Source of the DNA: Acanthaster planci
Taxonomy: Eukaryota
Reading direction: 5' to 3'
Assembly (NCBI RefSeq): GCF_001949145.1
Contig: NW_019091355.1
Span: 4,847,518-4,911,517, forward strand
DNA: 64,000 nucleotides
A model generated the notes under the pieces. It saw only the letters and a list, made by a program, of their open reading frames with translations. It was not told the DNA's origin and did no database searches. Shown here piece after piece: positions 1 through 13,645 of the stretch (positions are counted from its first letter, which is position 1; every line of letters begins with the position of its first letter). The position numbers and the translations under genes are program-made.

Positions 1-1812
1 TGCAGGTTGCGCAAACTTTGTGTGGACTGCGGTACATGTACATGCACATACTGTAGACGCACATATACATGTACTGGTACAAGTATCCATGTACATGTAC
101 TGGTACAAGTATCCATGTACATGTAGACCAGGTCCACACAAGGTAACCCCGAACCAGAAAATAGTTTGAGACGCATTTTGGGGTTACGGTGGTTGGTAGC
201 AAACGGAAGAGGAACAATACAAGAAACCAGAGTAATAAAAAAATCCAGTTTGATAGAGAATTCACAGAGCAAGGAAAGAGTATTTTCACCACGTTTTAAG
301 TAAAGGAAACTTTAAACAAAAGTCCAAGCTACTGCATACACATGTACGTGCACATGTGCTTAGGTGACATACATGTACAACTACCGGTCGGTGCATCTAC
401 ATGTACATGTGCATGCCATGCACATACCGTACATGTACATGTAGATGTACATGTATACATAATTAATGTATACATAATTAATGTATACATAATTAATGCA
501 TACATAATTAATGCCATGCACATACATGTAGATGTATATATAATTATGATTAGATAATTATACACAGATACATAATTTATTCATAATTAGCAGGTACATG
601 TATGTATAAACTGTAACTCACACTTTTTCATGACACAAGTTTTCAATTAGAATGGAATCAGCAGAACTGAACCACAAAAGAAGTAAACCTGACATTTGAA
701 CTCTCTTTAAATTGTGAACTACATACATGGCCAACTCTTTAAACGACATGTGCATGTACACTGTACATGTATATACTCATATATTAGAAAAAAAGGATGT
801 TAGAAAACAAAGTGCCCTCTGTAGGTACCCTTTCAGTCCCGATGCAATGTACCTACATGTACATGTAGGGTACATGAGTGTCCATGTACTGGTAATGTGC
901 CCCTCGCTTTTTTTTTTTTAACTGGTGGTTTCAATTTCAAAACAACTCCTTGCAAACTGAATGTGACATGATCTGACACTATGAGATTTTTTCCAGCCCT
1001 GCTCTCCCATATGGCTATGCCTACATCTCTGTGATATTCCTGGTACAATGAAGGACAGTCCTATCGCACGATCCATTTACAATGCACAGGCAGACAGGGA
1101 CGGTTTACTGGTCACACCCCTCCCGCTCCGAGGGTCTATGTACAAAATTGCTGTGCATTCACTCCCGGACTAAAGTCCACGGCCCACATGAACAGAAATG
1201 GGGGTACACTACAGGTGCCTGGATACGATACAGATCCACAGGTTGAAATACTGCAGAATAATAAGTCTGTGGGTTACGTGTACACGCACCACTAGCCTTT
1301 GGATTCAAGTACATGTACATGTTGTCTGATTTCGGCACAGATTATGCAATTACACACAGGTATCTTGCACATGAACCCACATCTTTTAAGAAGTGGCCCG
1401 TAAAAATTTCCCAAAGTTCTACCCAAGTGTAAGACTACTGTACATACCAGGAACATTGTGGTAGATTTTAAGCATTGGGAGGAGGAGTGGCCGAGTGTAT
1501 AGAAATAAAGGTCCTGTGGGCAACCTTCCGGGTTTTAAACAGCATTTGAAAATTCTCTGTCCAAACAAGACCTGTAATTGAAATACATGTGCAAGGTGCC
1601 TAAAATGAAGCTTGTGTATATGCTTTCCACAAAAAAAATAGGTTGAAATAAAGTGGGGACTTATAAAATTGACCCAGAGGGTGTACCTACCGTACATGTG
1701 CACAGATGCATAGACCCTCTCTGCAGCTGAGCAACTGGTAAGAAAAGCTTTGAATCAGCACTGCAAGACATTTAGCACCTGGCTGCCAGAGTGTGAAATC
1801 TGCAACAATTTA

Positions 1813-2051
1813 GGCCGTTTCCCAATACTCAACTTGGGCTCCGTCTCAGGCTTCAACTGTTTTTACTTCCTGACTTTGAGGTTATAAGCTTAATAGCAAG
1901 TCTGATAGTGCCACAAAACATCAAGTAAAATGCAAAAGAGCCAAACATTACAGTATTTTTATTTAAGTTGAACGCTTCAGGCCCACAATCGAGGATTGGT
2001 TTCCTACACGAAGCCTGAGACAGAGACGAAGTTGAGTATTGGAAAACAGCC
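1813..2051. mobile_element. PIF/Harbinger-like MITE (copy 1)
   Basis: Imperfect TIRs GGCCGTTTCCCAATACTCAAC / GTTGAGTATTGGAAAACAGCC, TTA on both sides (3-bp TWA target duplication typical of PIF/Harbinger). A second copy lies at about 28080-28301. Confidence 0.8.
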
Positions 2052-2072
2052 TTAGCCATCATTTAATATTGC

Positions 2073-2187
2073 CAGCTGGAACTTTACCGTATTTACAGCT
2101 GGAACTGTGCTGTATTTACAGCTGGAACTTTGCTGTATTTACAGCTGGAACTTTGCTGTATTTACAGCTGGAACTTTGCTACATTTA
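2073..2187. repeat. 23-bp minisatellite, 5 copies
   Basis: Unit CAGCTGGAACTTTGCTGTATTTA repeated head to tail with no spacers. Confidence 0.95.
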
Positions 2188-2834
2188 CCAGTGTCAGCCT
2201 TTTAGCCTAATAGTAATATACATGTACACTGAAAGTTTATTCTGCCCAGTGTGTGTGCAGCTCCAGTCAATGGTTTCTGAAGCTATGCATGAGCTTATAA
2301 CTACATGTTCATTGTACGTGTACTTCAAAGGAATGATCTCTTCCAGCAGACAGAAACCATTCACACTCAATGAATCCTCTAAGCATCAGACAACAGGTCT
2401 TTTGAGTTTGCCTGCGATGAAACCACTTTGGTGAGCTTTCCCAAATACATGGAGCACTAAGCCTTTCCAGGCAGATGAGTGACACCTACGGTGACAACCT
2501 TTTATTCTGGGACAATGTCTACATCTCGTGCAGGTGGTAGGGCTTTAATATGAACTACGACTGCAGCAATTGATGTCGGTTTGCAGGGGAACCCCGCTTT
2601 ACTCCATTTCTGTTTTTCAATTTCATTCTGCACACGTATCCTGGTACTAAATGTGTGACGCAGGAAAAAAATGGCATACTATGCACTGTACCGGTACATG
2701 TAATGTACAATTGTACAGTAAAAATGCATGTAGGTACGCATGTACATGTATGCAGGTCTGTTAATGCTAGGAGCAGTAGGCCTACATACATGTATGTGCA
2801 TGTACCAAGTACTGAGTACGCTGCTGGCAAAAGA

Positions 2835-2934
2835 CATACTGGTCCTTTTTCAAGGTATTGCGCATGCTCAAAACTAGGCCCGCATGCTCGGAACAATGCA
2901 TGCATGCTCAGAACTGGTAAAAAGGACCAGTATG
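2835..2934. mobile_element. 100-bp fold-back MITE-like element
   Basis: Perfect inverted ends CATACTGGTCCTTTTT / AAAAAGGACCAGTATG, with three internal GCATGCTC motifs. Confidence 0.6.
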
Positions 2935-5900
2935 TTTGCCGCCATCAAGCATCTAAAAGTCTTCTACTCACATGTGGGCAACAAATAAAACATCAAAGGT
3001 TTCTGAAGGCCAGATAGTTTACAGAATAGCAGACAAAACTAGAAAACAATGAACAATAAGATTACTGCCTAACGAACGGGAAAGAAAAAAAAGTGCACAT
3101 ACATGTACATGTTCCTAAAAACAATCTTTAACAAGAAATGTAAAATGTATGAAATAATTTTTCCCAGATTCCAATACCAAATCCCGAGTTGCCTGATTTA
3201 AATCACGAAGTTAAATCGTGATATACATGTAAATCAAATGAGTTTTTAAATCACTGATTTAAATCCACATATTTAATTTTTTAGGTAAAAAGGCCAAACT
3301 GTTTCAATTTTTGAACTTTTTTTACTGATTGGAAATGTTTGCAGGTTTTAAACATTTTAAAAGCAAATCCCCCCTCTGTGATCCTTCTAATTCCTTGTAT
3401 TAAAGAAGTCTAAATGCACATGTGTTAAACAAAACCTGGGTTGGCAAGATCTTTATGTTCAATTCTGTCCACTTGTTTCAACTGAAATCAGCTTTTTTGA
3501 TTCAGCAAGTGCATTTGATGTGAAGGATTTATAACCATGATTTAATTTTTCTTCAATTACATGTAAATTGCCCACTCCAGAGTTTAATCATGGAGGAAGG
3601 ACAGAGGAGTTAGAGCTCTGGCACTTCAAAGGGCTCAATGATACACAAAAGTAGACATTTCAAAAATGTACAAGTGGGACCAGTAATATCCTAGCAATAT
3701 TTGGTGTTTTGTTTGCAATTAACTCGCCGTGGCCAGGAAATAGAGATCTAACATTAGATCTACTTTTGCCATCGTGAATAAACCTTTTACTTTGATACAC
3801 TGTTCCATTATCCATGAAATGTTTGTAATTTTATTTTGTCTCTCCAAAACATCAGTTTTCAAAGTCTTTGTACGAATTTGGTTAAGACTGACCAACAACA
3901 TGTTGACCACCACTGCACAGTTAAGTTCATAACAAACAAATGCACAATTCATCACAAGGAGTGCTCAAGAAATCTCATGAAATACTTTTTTATATAAATG
4001 CCATAATAAAAATGATTTGAATAAAACACAACATCTCATAAACACCTTCGCTATTTATTCCCCAAACAACTCCAGACGAAAGCGTTTGATAAGGGCAATG
4101 ACTGCACATGAATACTAAAGGCACACAGCCTAATACAAGCAACTGAGCAAGCATTAAATTTGATATTGTTGTCAGATCATACCAAGCACCATCAATGGCA
4201 TGAATATTCAACTTCCTATACTGCAGTGCCCAACGTTTTAAGGATGCAGATTACCAGTGAAAAACTGCGGTGATGATCATGGGGTACAAAAGGGGCTTAT
4301 GGTTGTGAAACAGGTGGTGCGTAGCAAGCATTCACTGCGCTCTGGCTATAGACGTACCAGACATGCCAGAAGGTGGTAATTGACCAGATGTTATAGCCCA
4401 GGCAGTTCAAACTCCTTCAGTATCCTTCCTCCATGGTTTAACATGTTAATTTAAAGTACATGTATCAGTGTACATTAGTATGGCTTGCTACGTATATTAG
4501 TATAGTATACATGTACCGGTATTTTATTGAGTCTAGAAATGTTAGTCATTATAGTGTACCTAAACCGCTAAATTCATGCCCTTAATAAAATGATTTTTAA
4601 TCAAGCCTACAGATAAGTCATTGCTCTATGGAGCTGGATCACAAACAAAATGAGACTGCTTTCTGCACATTGCACAAGGTAAAATACCAGCATTTTGTAC
4701 CTACCGGTGCCTGTACACATGTACATGTACAATGTAATAAATACCTATGTACCTGTTGTTCATGGCATGTTTCTCCCTCGTTAGTCATGATGAACGTACA
4801 TACACCTGTATAAGCAGAGCTCCTAATATTCAGATTTTAAAAATAGCAGTACTTTTCATCGCAGTAGCGCACAGAAATTGTAATTTAGAGTCAACTGATC
4901 AGGGCAAGCCCTTTTCATGACCAGTAACCTGCATACATGGAGTGTATAAGGGTTAATGAGGGTATGTTCATGTAACAAACATTGGTTTGGCAACCATGGA
5001 AGTTACAGTGCTCAGCCACTCGTCGCTGTATTTCTGAAGAATCTTCTGCCGAGGCTTCGGCTTCCTTTGCCCACATTTTGTTCGACATATTTCAAGTGTG
5101 GCGCCACTGTATGTACTACAACGATGCCACAAAACCAGATTTTAATTTTTTGAAAAATCAGATTTTTAGTTTTTTTTTTTTGCAAAAAAAATCAACAACC
5201 CCGGCCAAACCCCAAGGCTACGGTGACTTGCAATCTGGTTCAGATTCTGAAATGTGAGATTCCATTTTTAGAATTGACAAACTGAACAATCCTATTCCCA
5301 GAACATTTAGCAAACTAACACTCAATGATCAAGTGAGACACACTGGCTGTCTTAGCCACATGGAAACCAGATGTATCCATGAACAGGTATACTACGCATA
5401 CTTGGGCACCCTACATTCCACCCTGTGGTCTAAGATACATTTTGTAGAATGCCAAATTGTAGTGTTCAAAAGGTCAACACAGGGAATTGCTGTCATAATT
5501 CAGAAATTTCTCTCCTTTTGTTGAACATGTACCCAAGGGACCTCGACATGTGGGATGTCTGGGTTTGTTGTGGGGAATATATCGACAGACTCACAATGGA
5601 AGATCCAGATTATCATGGCAGGCTTCAGCTACTCCAAGTAGCTCTACCTGCTTACAGTTCATTATCACCCACACAAAATCAAACTCTTGAGTGGACCTAA
5701 AAGGAATCAAATGGGATTTTTTTAAAGCCAGCAACTAGATGACAAGATGCTATGGTACGTACATTGTATGTCACATTTCTGGTTGCATGGTTCATGAATA
5801 CATGTATATACAGGAATAGTAATAAAGGCAGTCTGATAAAATAACTTTTACCACATGTTGAACAATGAACATCTCTTCCAAGATAAATATTTCATATGTC

Positions 5901-6954
5901 TTCTAAATTTCTCCCCTGGGATTGAGAAAAAAAAGTTTAAGTTTGGATTATTCTGGAGAAAAGTTTCTGTGTAAACATAGGGCTTACTTTGGAGGACACA
6001 CAGATTTTAAAAACGAAAGTCATCCACACCCCCCCCAAAAAAGAAGACAAAAGGATAAGAGATGTTCTCTGAAAATCAGATTAGGCCTATATTCTGAATT
6101 TTGAATTATATCCCAAAACATAAACTGATGACAACTTCTGCCACATTTGATTTCTGCAACTTGCTGAAAAGAAAGTCTTAAAGGAAAGAGTTCCATTTAC
6201 AGACGCCACTTGACACTTCCCTCCCCCAGAACTATGGGGTCCGCCATCCACAGGAGTGGGGCGGACATTGGACCCCATAGTTCTGGGGTAATTTGACACC
6301 TTATGCACAAACCCCACAGTGGGACTGGTTTGAAAAATGTTTTCTAAGTAAACGACTTGATTTTTTCCCTCCCACGTTTTTGCTTTCTGATGGCTAACAG
6401 GTCACTAGGAAATAATCACCGGCATCCGTATATGGAACTCTTCCTGTGTTAAATATTATTTTTAACTTGGTTAAAATTAATTTAATACTAAGTTAGGCCT
6501 AAACCTACCACACAAGGCCAATAAATTATCCGAATGTCAGAAATATCAATACATAATATATGATGTGATCACTGTACAAAAACCATTGAGTTACTTAATA
6601 CAACTTAGCCTGCACTGTTGACAATGTTGAGTCATGGTTGACCAAACTGACACGTAGGGCCTATCTAAATCATGCAAACCCTGGCCTGGGCCTACAAAAT
6701 TCAGAAAAAGTCTTTCGCTTGAAGTGGATGTTCACAAAGATAACAAACATGACAAATGCACTTTTAACAATATCACAAAACAAGCAGCCCAAAGGACGTT
6801 TTTCTTGTAAATCATAGATCTGAATTTGAAAAAAATATGGAATGCCCCGCCTCATTTCGGGTCTCAGCCAAACAAACATTAGCGGGCCTACGACATTATG
6901 GCGTGTGCGTTTTACGATCTTGTCAATAAATAATTCAGCACAGCCCAACCTTAC

Positions 6955-7160
6955 CTGATCCAGCTTCGAATCCATCTCACTTTTCACCGTTTTCCACTCA
7001 GAAAATAGCTTACTGCTGGACTTTTACGGCCCACTGGACCAACATCCAGTCCCGTTGGATTCCAGGTGCGACTTGATCAGCTTTCTCCGATCAAAATGAT
7101 GTTTTTGCAAGCTTTTCCTGCAGACTCCAGCGGAGAATTCGGCATCCAATCGGCCATAAA
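6955..7160 (-). other. Putative first exon of an unidentified minus-strand gene (possible coding start MDSKLDQ at 6975-6955)
   Basis: Strong donor CAG|GTAAGG at 6955/6954, preceded in phase 0 by ATG GAT TCG AAG CTG GAT CAG. It sits in a CpG-rich patch next to a CTCF-like motif. No downstream exon was recognised in 1-6950, and the 5' boundary is approximate. Confidence 0.5.
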
Positions 7161-7225
7161 ATGTGAGAGGGAGAAAGATCGTAGACTCCCGGCGGCAGGC
7201 GCGGTTTATTTCAACTGAAACAGTA

Positions 7226-7242
7226 CAGCGCCCCCTGTTGGC
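7226..7242 (-). promoter_or_regulatory. CTCF-like motif
   Basis: Minus strand reads GCCAACAGGGGGCGCTG, close to the CTCF core consensus CCASYAGRKGGCRS. Confidence 0.6.
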
Positions 7243-9536
7243 TAATTATCGTACAGCCCAAGGCCACAGAATTTTTTACAAGGCAAAGTTGTAAGACAAT
7301 TTCACAATATAAAACTATACTAAAAAGACTTAAAAGGCCTTGCAGTGGTTAAAACGTCAGTTCTGAGGATGAAGAGTTCTTAATATAACTCGACCTTCAT
7401 ATTAATTAGGTGTGCAATTCATCCCAAATTTAGAGTGAATTCTAGGAACTTTGTTTCCCTGAAGGACCGAGATTTGTTTTCAAAGCTCAAGTAGTAGCCG
7501 AGAAAATGACAAGAAACCTTTGTTTGCATTTCCATCTATGGAGCGATGTTTGCTCAACATTCACCGATAACTGTTTACTTCAAAGCAGTGTTGAATTGTT
7601 GAATCTTACCAAATAGCTTGTCTCATCCACAATTTAATTTTCAGAATAAAGGGCTTTAAATTTCCGATTTCATGGAAAAAACACAGCACGGGATTTGAAA
7701 TAAAATTTCTTACTCCTCTGTCCAGATGGGAGCTAGAAACTTGATAAGCTATGGCCAGTGTGTATTTTTATTATTCGTGGGAAAATTGATAAGTTGTGTA
7801 CAACAAAACTGGATCCAAAGAGATATTCATGGATCAAAATAGATTGTCATCTCAAAACTGCTTTATTACGCTAATTTTATAAACCTTATTTAACCTTTGA
7901 CCTTAAATGTTGAGAATTACTTTGGAAATCATTTTGCATCAAAGACATGTGGAAAGAATAATCATGTAATCATGTAATTATTTTTTTCTTCGTGGAGATT
8001 AAACCACTTGCTGTAGCGATTATTTCAAACTTTAACAAAATTTTAAAAGCCAAGTGTTAACAAATCTGCACTTGTAAGTAGAAGACTTTACATTTACTGT
8101 GCATTCAAATTATGAACAACTCAAGTGATGGACTTGGGTTCTTACAAAGTTAAAAGGGAGAACCCCCCCTCCCCCACAGTGGCAGTACAGTGCTAACAGC
8201 TGCTGTCAACAAGAATCATTTCCCTGGTATCCAGTGTGCTAAAACTGCAAGCTAACCATCAGTCAGATAAAAGAAAGAGATGCACATACCCCCAACCCCC
8301 CCCCCAAAAAAAGAATGAACAGCATACACAAGGGGAAAAGGGGGGTGAATGAAAAGAGATAAGAGAGGGAATAAAAAAAACCACCAATTTGTGCTTGAAT
8401 AAAATCCTCAAAATTGACTCTCCAATTCAAAGCTGATGACTGCTTGGCCCTCCCCCCCCTGCAATTTTCTCCCCTGAAAAAAGTGGTTTGCCCCCATTAA
8501 AAAGACTGCTCCCTGTCTCAGCTCTCAGTGTCTTCAAAGTGACCCAACTTGACAAAACTAAGTCAAAAGTCCCCACAGCTACTTTTGAATCATGGGGGTT
8601 TTCAGCACATCACATGTATGCATTCTGAGGTCAAAATCAACAGACATGTTCAGTTGTGATTGATCTACAAACATGAGTCGCCTGAGCCACTTCTGACCTA
8701 CACCCATACCCCCAGGTCCTTTTGGCTACGGACCCTCCTAAATCCTCCAGAATCCTCCAATTTCGGGGGTGAAAAAATTGGATTCTCCCTCAATCTTCCG
8801 AAATTTCTTGAAAATGTTACTTGGAGGTGTGCCTACTGCCTCAATCCTTCAAAATCCTCCGGCAATTTCTGTCATTATGTTGAGGCAGTGCAAATGGCAT
8901 TCTTGAGCAGTGCGGCTGATTCAAAAGAAATATCGGGCTGAACTTATGCACAACTCACGAAGAACAACACAAGGTCTAACCCACGACCTTCACTCATGGC
9001 ATCCTTTGACATCAGCCATGCACTTTTGCCATTCACCCTCAATCCTCCAAAATCCTCCAAAACCACCTGAAGGATTTTGGAGGCTCTAGAAGCCTTTGAA
9101 AGTATTTTGTGCAATGGAAATTAACAGTACCCTCCAAGTTTTCTCAGCCATTTGACACAGAGTTTCATCTGGATGTCACATCATTTTGTGGGCTCTTTAT
9201 AATGTGTCGCTGTTTTCACCTACGTGACTTCTGTATTTATTCCGATGCCAAATGAGTGAAATTGCTAAATGAAGAGCTTCAATGTTTGTTCTACGACATC
9301 TGACAAAACAAATAAACAGGAAAAAGAATTTGAGATCCTTCCTTAAGATTCTTGACTCAAGAATAGGCTAAATTTAATCGGGGCTGATTTGTTGACCGCT
9401 GAGCAATTTTTCCTTGGCAACCCATGCACCAAATAAATACTGGGTACCAGTATATACATTTGACTAATGTCACTGGTGAATTCTAAATAAAAGGAACTGA
9501 TAGGGTTAGAATAAATAGTGCATTTAAACAGTCCAA

Positions 9537-12308
9537 TCATATCCACTTGTATATGGGCCGGTCGTCGACTATCTGAATTTCCATTTTGACGGGGCATTTG
9601 AACCAATGGGAGAGCAGCTCCTCTGTGTAGCCACTCAGGAAGTAGTATTTCTGGGGAGCTAGGTTCCGCAGCATGATCCCCACCAGGATGATCTGGTTGG
9701 CCCGCCGCTTGATGATGAGGTCCGTGGCCAGACAGTTGTGGAAGGTGCCATAGATGAACTTCCGGATGAAGAGGTCATCCATGGCGATGTCGGCGGCACC
9801 ATTCTCGTTCTTGAGGTTGGCTGTCAAAACAAAAGGGGAGGATAAGCCGCATCTGATTCACTCGGCTACCACTGGCAATAACACACAGATAAGTGGAAGA
9901 TGGCCGTAGCCATTAGGAGCAGCTTACAAAGATGCACATGTTGTGTGTGGATAAAGCCAAGTTATTCTGTCTTAGCCGTAGACCTTTTTGTGTTGACATC
10001 AAACAAGTCTCATATACATTTCTGGCCAACAGTCGTTCACTTTCAGGCTATTTCTGAAATGGACATTGTTATCTACAGCTATGGCTAATGATTCATGCAT
10101 GCTAATGGCAAAAACCGACAGCCACAGCCCTATATCCTAACGTTTGGGCATGGCTTGACATAAATGATAGCAGACCACAAGAGAATGTGGGAGATGTAAG
10201 GACAGGTTATCAGTGTTTGTAAGCTGTTTTTAGGAATCATGGGACTCAGAAAACTCCCCTTTTAGGATAAAACAAGCCTTTTTCTTCAGTTTTCGACACC
10301 TATTTTCATGACAATCTTATCCCTTGGGAATGCTTTAAACCATGAAAAATACACGCTGAAAGAACAATATTGTACATTCAAACATGCCCACCTGTGTGTT
10401 GAGCACTCCAGCCTTTCCGAACACCTATCTGAAATGGCGGGTTGGCCTGCTCATAGGTGATAGGCTTCTCCCCTTTGCTCACTTTCACACGGCCAGCCAC
10501 GGTCTTGCAGCACACGGCAGTGGTCTGTAGGCACCGGTAGGGCAAGCAGGCCCAGTGAAGGGCATGACGAGCCTGTGAAGAGAACAAACCCGTCATCAAA
10601 ACAAGTAGAGGTTTCATGGCATGGGCTACATTCGCTAGATTCACAAATCAAATAATAGAAAGCACTGCTAATTTTTTTCTCCTGGGACCTGGGCCTTGCA
10701 CCACATGTTGCCAGCTTTTACCCACGATACTGCATGGCAGCACAATGTCTGGTGTACAGCTGTTACGCCCCAACTATAGCATAAGTCCCAACTATAGTTG
10801 GGACAGTCCAAACTGTAGTGCTGCAGTTGGGCTGGCCCAACTATTGTTGACCAATGCCTGTGGGAAATGTCTCAACATTATCCAAGTCAATGTCTCAACA
10901 TTATCCAAGTCAATGTGTCTCACATTTGACACAATTCATCTAAAATGTGGTACTTCATCTGTTCATCTAGCCCTATGACCAATGACATGACATTTGTAAA
11001 CAATATGACTTTGGCACATGCTGGTCACATCATGCACACCGGACCCCTCTGCTGTAGTTGGGCAGGCCAAACTGTAACACTCTAGTTGGGACGGGCCCAA
11101 CTATAGTTGGGTATTGAAGTGATCCATAGAGCAATGATAAAATCACCAAGCCCATTTGAAAAAAAAAATTGTCCCCATTTAGAGGGCCATTCTGTCTTGC
11201 CAGGGACTGATTTTGTCCTTGAATAAAGGGACTTCTCCAAACACAAGGACAGTCTCCAACTTGTGATGTGTGCCTCTACTGATAGGTGGTATATTCAAAC
11301 TAGGGACCTGGCGACAACACGGTCACAGACATTAAAGTTTGGGGATTGTATACCTGAGGACCTCCCAGGTTTTGTCATTTTAATCTTGCAAAACTGATAA
11401 GTCCCCCCAAAAAACAAAGGCAACACTGTCCTTGCACTGACCCATTTTGGGGGAAATTGTGAGAAAATGCAATATTCTTACTGATAAACCAGCCATGCAA
11501 ATTTGATTCCACTACATGTATGTGTCATGTTTTAAAATACTCACAGTTCCCCCCATAATTTCCTTCAAACTTAAAACCCTGCCCTTTTTTGACAACCTCA
11601 ACCCTACAGTTACTGAGCACAATGTCACAGTCATCTACCATGGTGAATTCAAAAGTTAAAATGTAGCTTTAGTATTAGGCATAAGCTAGGCCGTAAAAAC
11701 TGGGTCAGCAAATTTACAATCCCTTACAGTTTAAACATCTGATTCTCGCAGTCGCACATCCGGGAACTTCTCTACATTATTGAATAGCAACAAAGGTAAA
11801 TTGCCCCTTTGCCACGTGTTAAATGTTCGTCATGGCGGCATCTGTCCTTGCTCCACACTGTACCATTGTCTGAATCTAAATAGTTTGGTCAGCAAAATGT
11901 CTTCCAAGACACATTCACGCTAACTTTTGAGAAGCGCACTGCGTGTGGAATGACTAGACCAAAGCATTTTAGCAGTGCAGCTTCAGCTTGGATTTGAATA
12001 CATCCATGAAGAACTATTTACAGCGAGAGTGGGTAGATTGTTCCAGTCTTTTATAGTATGTAGAAACAAAAAATGAGTTCTGGAATGATTTAGACTTACG
12101 ACAAATTTGTAGGAATTTTTGTCGAATTGCAAATTCAATGAAGTCATTTTACGGAAAAGAGAACAGCTTTAGTAGCTAAGAAAATAGTCTTAAAATCAAC
12201 AATAAGGGGTCATACATCATTACAATAAAATCGTTTTGAGTTTCATAAAATTAGTGAAACACTGACCGAAATTACTCGTGCTGAGAACCTCAGCATGGGC
12301 GCCGCCAT
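9537..12308 (-). CDS. MRPS24: Mitochondrial small-subunit ribosomal protein S24 (uS3m), 168 aa, 3 exons
   Basis: Exons 12308-12267 (MAAPMLRFSARVIS, donor GTCAGT; an alternative in-phase donor GTAATT lies 9 nt earlier), 10572-10392 and 9820-9537. All are GT-AG with compatible phases. Motifs GRVKVSKGEKPITYEQANPP..RKGW, DLFIRKFIYGTF, IIKRRANQI and YYFLSGYTEELLS match the family. Minus-strand AATAAA at 9236-9241. Confidence 0.95.
10760..11112. repeat. Decayed MITE-like repeat with CCCAACTATAG / CTATAGTTGGG motifs in MRPS24 intron 1
   Basis: Multiple direct and inverted copies of the motif at both ends, plus an internal 23-bp tandem duplication (AATGTCTCAACATTATCCAAGTC). Confidence 0.5.
11870..12230 (-). 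mobile_element. 3' remnant of a non-LTR retrotransposon
   Basis: Minus strand encodes, across a frameshift, SFQNSFF..HTIKDWNNLP, matching the (Y/F)xNSFFPRTIxDWNxLP C-terminal motif of LINE ORF2 proteins. Boundaries are approximate. Confidence 0.7.
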
Positions 12309-12425
12309 TTTAGAAATAGGCCTACATGACTTAACCACGAAAACTGGGATCTCTGTCAACGAGAGGCGGCGCTGTGACCATTACGTGTTGCAGGAAAGTA
12401 AATAACCAGCCGTAGCCAATAGTGA

Positions 12426-12619
12426 TAAATAACCGAACTTCAAAAATTCAGGAAAAATAATTACGAGTTTCTCAGGCGTTTGAGACGCACGTCAAATTAA
12501 AGCCCAGTTTATGATTTTTCATTTTCTTTTCAAATTTCCATTCATTAACAAATGACTTCTGAAGGTTTTAATTTCCACGGAAGGTCACCCCTAAAATACA
12601 GCCTTAAGTTGAGGCCCCT
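12426..12619. repeat. About 190-bp segment duplicated at 14940-15129 (direct orientation)
   Basis: Co-linear similarity, e.g. GTTTCTCAGGCGTT(T/C)GAGACGCA, CATTTTCTTTTCAAA and CCACGGAAGGTCACCCC. Confidence 0.9.
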
Positions 12620-13645
12620 CGCCATTTTGAAATAACGATGCCTAACTGAATATACCGTTTTCAGGCACCGATTTCTTCCAAATCTTAATCAGACGCAAGC
12701 TGGTATTCTTTTTGCCCGCCTAAACCTGTCTTTTCTACAAATCATCAAGTTCATGGGGCCACAAAATGCTCTTTTTCGTAGAGAAAGTGAGTGCATACAA
12801 ATTGTGATTTGGCCCGCACAAGCAGTTTTCGGCCTCTTTAGTCGCCTTTATCCTGTGGGTGCGGCCCTGCGGCCCACAGAAATATCAACGCCGGTATTAT
12901 GTCTGTGATGCGGCCAACTAGTGGCATTTTCTTCCACGGAGGTAGGAATCTCTGTGGTCTTCTTATATGAAATAAATTTGGTGTTTCTTATAGAATAAAA
13001 ATTGATAATAACAAATTGCAAATAATAGATAAACACGGCAAAAATTCAAAAAAATATTGTAAACTCACGAAATTTAGTCACCGAAAAATAAGAATCCGGG
13101 ACTTAAACAGATAATGTTAGTACAGGAGTGGATCCCGAACCAAATTTTTTTAGAGGAAGGGACTCGAGGGTCGTTGGGGAGGGGACAAAAAAAATTGGAC
13201 ACTTGCCGTGTAACCTTTCTTGGCCTTTCTGGGGGTTGAGGCTATATTTTGGGGCTTTTTATATTCGGGAGGGGGGAATTGTCCCCATTACAAGTCAGGG
13301 ATCCGCTCTTATGGAGTGTAACCTTTACTACATGGTTTCACACATCAAAAAGATGTCTGCCTCCGCCCCCCTTACCACGCCTTTCCCTCTTGGATTCATT
13401 CCGGAGGCATGTAACCATAAAACTTTTACATTTGGGTTGCTCTGCACACGCCCTTATGTTCGACTTTCCAAGGCAAGTCGAGAAATGAATTTAGCAAATC
13501 TGAGTCAAATGTTGTCACGTTTTACTATTTTTGAGCGGATAACGAGAGGGGCTTTGAGGCTATTGTATATAGGATTGACGACTGATGTGTTTTGTTTTGG
13601 TACAGAAACAATTTACGGTGTCAATCATGCCATTTTCACGCCCAG

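Noticed and set aside
329..565. ORFs with repeated YALIM/VYIIN peptides
   Set aside because: They are translations of a 15-bp TACAT-type tandem repeat and have no splice or domain support.
2073..2187. 23-bp repeat array as a CRISPR
   Set aside because: Units are contiguous with no spacers, there are no cas genes, and the context is eukaryotic.
8713..9095. CCTCAATCCTCCAAAATCCTCC repeats and a 93-aa ORF
   Set aside because: They look like decayed transposon subterminal repeats, but I could not define TIRs or a TSD, and the ORF has no support.
11832..11873. ATGGCGGCATCTGTC (MAASV, like the human MRPS24 N-terminus) as MRPS24 exon 1
   Set aside because: It is on the wrong strand and stops after 13 codons. 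A proper minus-strand exon 1 exists at 12308-12267.
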